A DNA stretch of 64,000 nucleotides, taken from the NCBI GenBank assembly GCA_965662775.1, contig CBFIIW010000003.1:16491-80490 (forward strand), given 5' to 3'. This DNA comes from Alphaproteobacteria bacterium (lineage in GTDB: Bacteria; Pseudomonadota; Alphaproteobacteria; UBA7985). The translations under genes and the position numbers were made by a program. The number at the start of each line of letters is the position of its first letter. Position 1 is the stretch's first letter. The notes under the pieces are model-generated. The model was not told where the DNA came from and made no database searches. It worked only from the letters and a program-made list of their open reading frames with translations. This document shows positions 57,613 to 64,000 of this stretch, piece by piece.

Positions 57613-58722
57613 ATGCCGTCAGTCAGACCCTGGCGAGACATTGACCGGCGAACGACTCGGAAAATCATGGTGGGCTCGGTTCCTGTCGGGGGCGATTCTC
57701 CCATAACCGTGCAGTCGATGACCAACACGCCGACACACGATGTTCAGGCAACCATCGCCCAGATTCGGGCGCTGGAGGAGGCTGGCGTCGATATCGTGAG
57801 AGTTTCCTGCCCGGATGAAGAATCGACGTCACACTTCGATCAGATCGTTAAGGCGGTCTCCGTCCCGATCGTCGCCGATATACATTTTCATTATCGTCGC
57901 GCGCTCGAAGCGGCCGACAAGGGCGCAGCCTGCCTGCGCATCAATCCCGGCAACATCGGTAGCAAGCAACGCGTCATGGAAGTGGTGCAGGCGGCCAAGG
58001 CCAACGGCTGCTCGATCCGCATCGGCGTTAATGGCGGGTCGTTAGAGCGCCCGTTGCTGGAAAAGTACGGTGAACCCTGTCCTGAAGCCCTCGTCGAAAG
58101 CGCGTTAAACTCGGTCAAGCTGCTCGAGGACTGCGATTTTCGTGAGATAAAGATTTCGGTAAAGGCCAGCGACGTGTTTCTCGCGGTCGCAGCCTATGCG
58201 GGTCTGGCCGAGGCATGCGACTACCCCTTTCACTTGGGTATCACCGAGGCTGGGCCGACACGGCTCGGCACCGTCAAAAGTGCCATCGGGCTAGGTAATC
58301 TGCTTTGGTCAGGGATCGGTGATACCATCCGGGTCAGTCTGTCCGCCGAGCCGGTCGAAGAAGTTCAAGTCGGCTTTGATCTGCTCAAATCACTGGGGTT
58401 ACGCCATCGCGGGGTGAATATCATCGCTTGTCCGTCCTGCGCGCGACAGGGCTTCGACGTCATCGACGTGGTGCAGCAGATCGAAGCGCGGGTCGCCCAC
58501 ATCAGCACGCCAATGGACGTGTCGGTGCTTGGCTGCGTGGTTAACGGTCCCGGCGAAGCGGCGCAAACCGTGCTTGGGCTGACCGGCGGCGGTAATGGCC
58601 GCCACAAGGTCTATGTCGGCGGTGCGCCTGATCACAATATCGACAGTGAAGATATGGTTGATCATTTTGTCACTCTGATCGAAACAGAGGCAGAAAAGAT
58701 TGAGGCTACGCAGACGCCGTGA
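57613..58722 (+). CDS. ispG: 4-hydroxy-3-methylbut-2-en-1-yl diphosphate synthase (flavodoxin)
   Basis: GcpE family with C-terminal [4Fe-4S] cysteines (CPSCAR...GCVVNGPGE). GGAGAG RBS before the ATG at 57613. Confidence 0.9.
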   Translation: MPSVRPWRDIDRRTTRKIMVGSVPVGGDSPITVQSMTNTPTHDVQATIAQIRALEEAGVDIVRVSCPDEESTSHFDQIVKAVSVPIVADIHFHYRRALEAADKGAACLRINPGNIGSKQRVMEVVQAAKANGCSIRIGVNGGSLERPLLEKYGEPCPEALVESALNSVKLLEDCDFREIKISVKASDVFLAVAAYAGLAEACDYPFHLGITEAGPTRLGTVKSAIGLGNLLWSGIGDTIRVSLSAEPVEEVQVGFDLLKSLGLRHRGVNIIACPSCARQGFDVIDVVQQIEARVAHISTPMDVSVLGCVVNGPGEAAQTVLGLTGGGNGRHKVYVGGAPDHNIDSEDMVDHFVTLIETEAEKIEATQTP

Positions 58723-59687
58723 AATGGATTCCTTCCGTTCCCCTCGATGAAATCCGCAGGTGGGAACGCGCTTACAATGACGTGGTCTTTGCCATCGGCA
58801 ACTTTGATGGTGTCCATCGGGGGCACCGGGCTCTGCTGAAGGCGGCGCGAGAGCGGGCAGATGAGCTTGGCTGCCGCTCTGGGGTGCTGACCTTTGCGCC
58901 GCACCCCCGCCGTTTTTTTGCTGGTTCAGAGACCAAGCCTTTTCTGCTCACCCGTGGGGTGGAAGAACGCGCGACCTTGTTACAGGAGACCGGGCTGGTC
59001 GACGTGATGCTGGAACTAAGTTTCGACATAGGGTTGTCCAGCCTGCGGGCCGAGACCTTTGCGCAGGACATTCTCGCCCGCCACGTCGGCATCAAGCACA
59101 TTCTCGCCGGGCCGGATTTTCGCTTTGGCAATGCCCGAGGTGGAGACATGCTGCAACTGGGTCGCTGGGGGCAGGATTTGAGCTTCGGCGTGTCGGCTGT
59201 CCCCCTCAGCCACGATGATGCAGAAGGCGGCGTTATCTCGTCTTCTCGTGTGCGGCAAGCCCTGGTCGATGGCGATATTGAGACGGCAAACCGGCTGCTT
59301 GGTCGTCATTGGAGTGCAGGTGGCACGGTTCAGCGCGGGGACCAGATCGGGCGCACCATCGGCTTTCCGACCGCCAACCTAGACTGGCCCACCCTGCAAA
59401 TACGGCCGCGCTACGGTGTCTATGCAGGCTGGGCTGCGATCGACGGCAGCGACGAATGTCTGCCAGCGGTGTCCTACCTTGGCACGCGACCGACCGTTGA
59501 CGGGGATGAAGAGCGTTTTGAAGTCCATCTGCTCGACTGGTCCGGGTCCATCTACGACGCACAGGTGAAATTCTGGTTTCAGTCGTTCATCCACCCCGAT
59601 CTGGAATTTCAGGGTTTGGACGCGCTCAAAGTCCAGATCCAGCAGGACTGCGATGAGGCCCGCGGTCGCCTGTCTGAAGCAAGCTGA
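58719..59687 (+). CDS. ribF: bifunctional riboflavin kinase/FMN adenylyltransferase
   Basis: FAD synthetase N-terminus ([12 protein letters not shown]) and riboflavin kinase C-terminus ([23 protein letters not shown]). Confidence 0.9.
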   Translation: MKWIPSVPLDEIRRWERAYNDVVFAIGNFDGVHRGHRALLKAARERADELGCRSGVLTFAPHPRRFFAGSETKPFLLTRGVEERATLLQETGLVDVMLELSFDIGLSSLRAETFAQDILARHVGIKHILAGPDFRFGNARGGDMLQLGRWGQDLSFGVSAVPLSHDDAEGGVISSSRVRQALVDGDIETANRLLGRHWSAGGTVQRGDQIGRTIGFPTANLDWPTLQIRPRYGVYAGWAAIDGSDECLPAVSYLGTRPTVDGDEERFEVHLLDWSGSIYDAQVKFWFQSFIHPDLEFQGLDALKVQIQQDCDEARGRLSEAS

Positions 59688-59831
59688 ACCAGCTGTGCCG
59701 AGGGTCGTGCGAGTATCCGCCTTGCACGGCTCACACTCGCGTTTGCCGCTCGTCGGCTGTATGCCTGAAAGTGAACGATGCCCCTCCAGCCTGAGCGAAA
59801 CCTCACACAGTTGTCCGAGTAAACTGGTTCC

Positions 59832-62714
59832 ATGAGCGAAAATAACACCGGCCGCGATTTCCGAGATACGGTCACGACCCCGCAAACGACCTTCCCCATG
59901 CGCGGCAACCTGCCGACCCGCGAGCCCGAATGGCTGGCCCACTGGGAGAAGATGGACCTTTTCAACCGCCTTCGCGCTGCGTCAGCAGGCCGGCCTAAAT
60001 TTGTGCTCCACGACGGCCCACCATACGCCAACGGCAACCTGCACATTGGCCACGCCCTCAACAAGATCCTGAAGGACGTGATCAATCGCAGCCACCAGAT
60101 GTTGGGCAAAGACGCGCACTACGTGCCGGGCTGGGACTGTCATGGCCTGCCGATTGAGTGGAAAATCGAAGAACAGTACCGCGAGCGTGGGCAAGACAAA
60201 GACGAAGTTGACGTTGTCGAATTCCGTCGCGAATGCCGCGACTTTGCACAAGGTTGGGTCGAAGAGCAGACCCGACAGTTCAAACGCCTCGGGGTAATGG
60301 GCAACTGGGACCGTCCCTACCTGACCATGCACTACGACGCCGAAGCGCAGATCGTCCGTGAGCTGGGCAAATTCCTGCTCGACGGTCAGCTGTACAAGGG
60401 CAACAAGCCGGTGCTGTGGTCCGTGGTTGAGAAAACCGCGCTTGCCGACGCCGAGGTCGAATACTATCCGCACAAATCTGTGACCATATGGGTTAGGTTT
60501 CCGGTGAAATCCGCCCCCCAGCCTGAACTGGTTGGTGCCAGTGCTGTCATCTGGACCACGACGACGTGGACCATCCCCGGTAACCGCGCCATGGCTTTCC
60601 ACGATGACATCAGTTACGGCGTTTATCGAGTGGATGCTGTCGCCGAAGGATCGCTGGCACAGGTTGGTGAGCGCTTGATTATTGCCGATGAGACCGCTGA
60701 AGCCACAGCCGCCGCCGCGAAAATCGAAGGCTGGACGCGCGAAGACCTGTCCGTTGATCTGACCGGAGTTATCGCCTCTCACCCGCTGGCCGAGCAAGGC
60801 TTCGGTCATGACGTGCCCATGTTCCATGGGGACTATGTGACAACCGAGCAGGGCACGGGCTTGGTTCACATCGCGCCAGGGCACGGTTTCGACGACTGGC
60901 AGCTGGCTACCGTCCAACACGGCGTCGAGGTGCCCATGACGGTGGCTGAAGATGGCGCCTTTTATGAGCATGTTCCCCTGTTCGGTGGTCTGACCGTCTA
61001 TGACCAAAAGGGCAAGGACGGCACTGCACTTGGTCCGATCCTGAAAGCAATGATCGAAGCTGGCGGCTTGCTGGCAAAGGGTAAGCTTGAGCACTCCTAC
61101 CCACACTCTTGGCGGTCCAAGGCCCCCCTGATATTCCGCAATACCGCTCAGTGGTTCATTTCTATGGAAGAAAAGAAGCTGCGCGCAGGGGCACTGAAGG
61201 CACTGGGTGATACCACTTTTGTGCCGGAACAAGGCCGTAACCGGATCACGTCGATGATCGAGACACGCCCCGACTGGTGTGTATCGCGTCAGCGGGTGTG
61301 GGGTGTGCCGCTGCCGATTTTCGTGCGCAAGTCTGACGGCCAGCCGCTGCGAGACCCAAAGGTGATCGAACGCATCGCTGAAGCTTACGAGCTAGAAGGT
61401 GGTGACGCGTGGTTTAACAGCCCGCCATCGCGTTTCCTTGGCAACGATTATGACCCGGAGGACTTCGAGCAAGGCCGAGACGTGGTCGAAGTTTGGTTTG
61501 ACAGCGGCGCGACGCACAGCTTTGTGCTGGAACAGCGACCCGAACTGAAGTGGCCGGCCGATCTGTATCTGGAAGGGTCAGACCAACACCGCGGCTGGTT
61601 CCATTCGTCTCTGTTGGTCGGTGTCGGCACCCGCGGCCGCGCGCCCTATGATGCTATCCTCACCCACGGCTTCGTGCTGGATGAGAAGGGCAGCAAGATG
61701 TCCAAGTCTCTGGGTAACGTGACCGCGCCTGACGATGTCGCCAAGGACTTCGGTATCGACATCCTGCGTCTGTGGGTCGTGGCCTCAGACTACAGTGACG
61801 ATTTGCGCATTGGCCCAGCCATTCTCAAGCATTCGGCCGATTCTTACCGCCGCTTTCGCAACTCGCTGCGGTTCATCCTCGGCAACCTCGGTAATTTCCA
61901 GCCATCGCAAGCAGTGGGTTATGACGAGTTACCGGAGTTGGAGCGCTGGGTGCTGCATCGACTCAGTGAGCTCGATGCCCTCGTGCGGACTTCGGCGGAG
62001 GCCTACGACTTTCACAGACTCTATACTGAACTTCATAACTTCTGTGCCGTTGATCTGTCTGCGCTGTACTTCGATATTCGAAAAGATGCGCTCTACTGTG
62101 ACTCGCCCGACAGCCTGCGCGCACGCGCGGCGCGCACAGTGCTCGCTGAGTGCTTCTCCTGCCTGACAGCCTGGCTTGCGCCTATCCTGTGTTTTACGGC
62201 CGAGGAAGCTTGGCTCACCCGGCGGGAGGATGAGGCAGCGTTGCCGGAGAAGCTGGTCGATACCGATTCCGTTCACCTTCGAGTAATCCCAGATATACCG
62301 TCACAGTGGTCGAACGCCGCCCTGGCCGACAAGTGGGCGGATGTCTTCGCTGTTCGCCGGGTGATTACGACGGCGCTTGAGCCATTGCGTCAGGAAAAGA
62401 CGATTGGTTCGAGCCTTCAGGCTGCACCGCGGGTCTTCCTGTCTGCAGATAAAGCTGCAAAGCTGGCTGATGTCGATTTCACCGAAGTTGCGATTGTCTC
62501 AAGCCTGAGCATCGACATAGGCGAGGGAGCTGCAAATGCCGTGCGGCTGGACGATATTGCCGGTGTAGCAGTCGAACCAGCTTTGGCCGAGGGTGAGAAG
62601 TGTCAGCGTTGCTGGCAGGTGCTGCCCAAAGTCGGTGCGCATCCGGAGCATCTGTGCCAGCGGTGTGATACAGCCGTCGGAGATGCCGCCTTGAGTGCAG
62701 GGGGTGGAGACTGA
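59832..62714 (+). CDS. ileS: isoleucine--tRNA ligase
   Basis: Class I HIGH (PYANGNLHIGH) and KMSKS motifs, and a C-terminal Zn-binding CxxC...CxxC. 960 aa. Confidence 0.95.
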   Translation: MSENNTGRDFRDTVTTPQTTFPMRGNLPTREPEWLAHWEKMDLFNRLRAASAGRPKFVLHDGPPYANGNLHIGHALNKILKDVINRSHQMLGKDAHYVPGWDCHGLPIEWKIEEQYRERGQDKDEVDVVEFRRECRDFAQGWVEEQTRQFKRLGVMGNWDRPYLTMHYDAEAQIVRELGKFLLDGQLYKGNKPVLWSVVEKTALADAEVEYYPHKSVTIWVRFPVKSAPQPELVGASAVIWTTTTWTIPGNRAMAFHDDISYGVYRVDAVAEGSLAQVGERLIIADETAEATAAAAKIEGWTREDLSVDLTGVIASHPLAEQGFGHDVPMFHGDYVTTEQGTGLVHIAPGHGFDDWQLATVQHGVEVPMTVAEDGAFYEHVPLFGGLTVYDQKGKDGTALGPILKAMIEAGGLLAKGKLEHSYPHSWRSKAPLIFRNTAQWFISMEEKKLRAGALKALGDTTFVPEQGRNRITSMIETRPDWCVSRQRVWGVPLPIFVRKSDGQPLRDPKVIERIAEAYELEGGDAWFNSPPSRFLGNDYDPEDFEQGRDVVEVWFDSGATHSFVLEQRPELKWPADLYLEGSDQHRGWFHSSLLVGVGTRGRAPYDAILTHGFVLDEKGSKMSKSLGNVTAPDDVAKDFGIDILRLWVVASDYSDDLRIGPAILKHSADSYRRFRNSLRFILGNLGNFQPSQAVGYDELPELERWVLHRLSELDALVRTSAEAYDFHRLYTELHNFCAVDLSALYFDIRKDALYCDSPDSLRARAARTVLAECFSCLTAWLAPILCFTAEEAWLTRREDEAALPEKLVDTDSVHLRVIPDIPSQWSNAALADKWADVFAVRRVITTALEPLRQEKTIGSSLQAAPRVFLSADKAAKLADVDFTEVAIVSSLSIDIGEGAANAVRLDDIAGVAVEPALAEGEKCQRCWQVLPKVGAHPEHLCQRCDTAVGDAALSAGGGD

Positions 62715-62717
62715 TCT

Positions 62718-63233
62718 ATGTTGCGCTGGGGAATTCTTCTCGCGTTGGCGGTTCTGGCTGCGGATCAGGTGACCAAAGCTCTGATCGTCGCCAATTTTCC
62801 GATCTATTCGGCAACTACGCCGAAGATCGAAGAAATCACACCATTTCTCAACATCTGGCACGTGCGCAATTCCGGCATTGCCTTTTCCATCGGTAATTTC
62901 AGTGATGGTGGTCGGTATATCATTGGCGCGCTGGCGTTTGTGGTTGCGGCTGGGTTGATCCTCGCCGGGCGACGCAGCACCAGCACCGCGCAGACGGCGG
63001 CCTATGCGCTGATTGCCGGGGGCGCGGTTGGCAATGCTTTCGACCGCCTCAACCCGTTTCGCCAGACAGTGGTCGATTTTATCGATATTCATGTCAGCGG
63101 GATTCACTGGCCCTCGTTCAATGTTGCTGATTCAGCGATTGTTGTGGGGGTTGCCCTCATTCTGGCCGATATGTTTTTCTTTTCTGAGGGGCGAAAGTCA
63201 CCGCCCTCTTCTTCTTCTTCTTCGCAGGAGTAA
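62718..63233 (+). CDS. lspA: lipoprotein signal peptidase II
   Basis: Four TM helices with the conserved NxGxAF (NSGIAFSIG) and FNVADSAI motifs. Unusual Ser-rich C-terminal tail. Confidence 0.85.
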   Translation: MLRWGILLALAVLAADQVTKALIVANFPIYSATTPKIEEITPFLNIWHVRNSGIAFSIGNFSDGGRYIIGALAFVVAAGLILAGRRSTSTAQTAAYALIAGGAVGNAFDRLNPFRQTVVDFIDIHVSGIHWPSFNVADSAIVVGVALILADMFFFSEGRKSPPSSSSSSQE

Positions 63234-63243
63234 GTGCTCTACC

Positions 63244-63912
63244 ATGTCAACGGGCCGGATCATCGTTTCCTTGGCGACCGCAGCTGCCATGCTGGTTGGA
63301 TTGACGGGCTGTGGCACGCTGACCCGTGGTCTGGGGTACTTTTCGAGCGCTGGTCTGGTAGACGAATACGCAATTCCGCAGAATCGAAGCCTTGCGATGC
63401 CTACGGATTTCTCACGCATGCCCACGCCGCAGAACGAGTTCACCCGCGCTGAGAGCTTGCCGACGAAGGATGAGATTGAGGCGCTTGTTTTCTCGCTGGA
63501 ACCCGATCCCCGACCCGAGGACGACTACCAACCCATTACAGTCATTGTTGACGAGTTGCCCCAGTACCAGCCAATTGGCCGTATTGTGGCGAGTGGATCA
63601 AATGGCGCTGCAACGCAGTTCGTGGTGTCTTCCCAGACCAATGCTGGTGGATCGATCTATCCAGTTGTTTCTTCGCCAATTGTCCCAAGTGTCTCACCGG
63701 CTCTGGCTGCCCCATCGGTGGTGGAGACTTCGGGACCAGCTATGGTGCCCCTGACAGCAGAGCAGGCCGCTATGCTGCTAGCGACAGCCGAAACAGCACC
63801 AGTGCCTGTCGCTGTGCCTGCAACGATACCCTCCCAGCCCGCCGCTCAAGTGATCACATCTTTGCCAGCCGGGGTCACGATGATCGGTGAACCGGTCGTC
63901 GTTTCGCAATAA
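63244..63912 (+). CDS. hypothetical lipoprotein
   Basis: ATG at 63244 gives MSTGRIIVSLATAAAMLVGLTGC (lipobox LTGC). Pro/Ala/Val-rich C-terminal half. The ORF-track start at 63013 overlaps lspA and is rejected. Confidence 0.55.
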   Translation: MSTGRIIVSLATAAAMLVGLTGCGTLTRGLGYFSSAGLVDEYAIPQNRSLAMPTDFSRMPTPQNEFTRAESLPTKDEIEALVFSLEPDPRPEDDYQPITVIVDELPQYQPIGRIVASGSNGAATQFVVSSQTNAGGSIYPVVSSPIVPSVSPALAAPSVVETSGPAMVPLTAEQAAMLLATAETAPVPVAVPATIPSQPAAQVITSLPAGVTMIGEPVVVSQ

Positions 63913-64000
63913 CGCCCCATGTAACAGACACGACGCGGACCACGCCGCTCTGATCGCAACCTCGGCTTCGGGAGACTCATGAAAAATCTGTTGCCCACTC

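Noticed and set aside
59982-61232. 416-aa antisense ORF inside ileS
   Set aside because: Antisense to isoleucyl-tRNA synthetase. No motifs. A shadow ORF.
63013-63243. Upstream part of ORF 63013..63912 overlapping lspA
   Set aside because: It overlaps the lspA coding region. The lipoprotein signal MSTGRIIVSLATAAAMLVGLTGC begins at the ATG at 63244, directly after the lspA stop.

Overview
This is a high-GC (~60%) chromosomal segment that looks alphaproteobacterial from its gene content and synteny. I cannot name the genus from sequence alone. It is densely coding and dominated by core housekeeping genes in textbook alphaproteobacterial order: rnd-(lptC?)-lptA-lptB-rpoN-hpf-ptsN; an mntR-regulated Mn/Zn ABC transporter; a tRNA-Ala(GGC); aroA-cmk-rpsA-ihfB-lapA; ubiA, rsmE, plant-type gshA, htpG; a methyltransferase-comF-grxC cluster; ftsEX; plsC; zapE; PduO-type cobalamin adenosyltransferase; argJ followed by a GNAT-MutT fusion; aceA with a divergent RamB/ScfR-like XRE regulator; ispG-ribF-ileS-lspA. 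I found no CRISPR array, no transposase or integrase, and no rRNA. The parts I would look at again are these. (i) A catalytically intact barnase-family ribonuclease with an N-terminal membrane anchor and no visible barstar gene. (ii) A ~0.9-kb low-GC islet near the 5' edge encoding an orphan secreted cysteine-containing protein. (iii) A second small AT-rich islet abutting the 3' end of tRNA-Ala with an orphan 76-aa ORF. (iv) Two tandem large secreted proteins of unknown function (~620 and ~800 aa) with related C-termini. (v) A large cadherin/FG-GAP surface protein with a long acidic linker. (vi) An LpxH-like metallophosphoesterase coupled to a GT4 glycosyltransferase. (vii) An unusually short or absent lptC slot. 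All calls come from reading translated ORFs, motifs and local composition. No database search was possible, so family names are from memory of conserved motifs and should be confirmed by HMM or BLAST.
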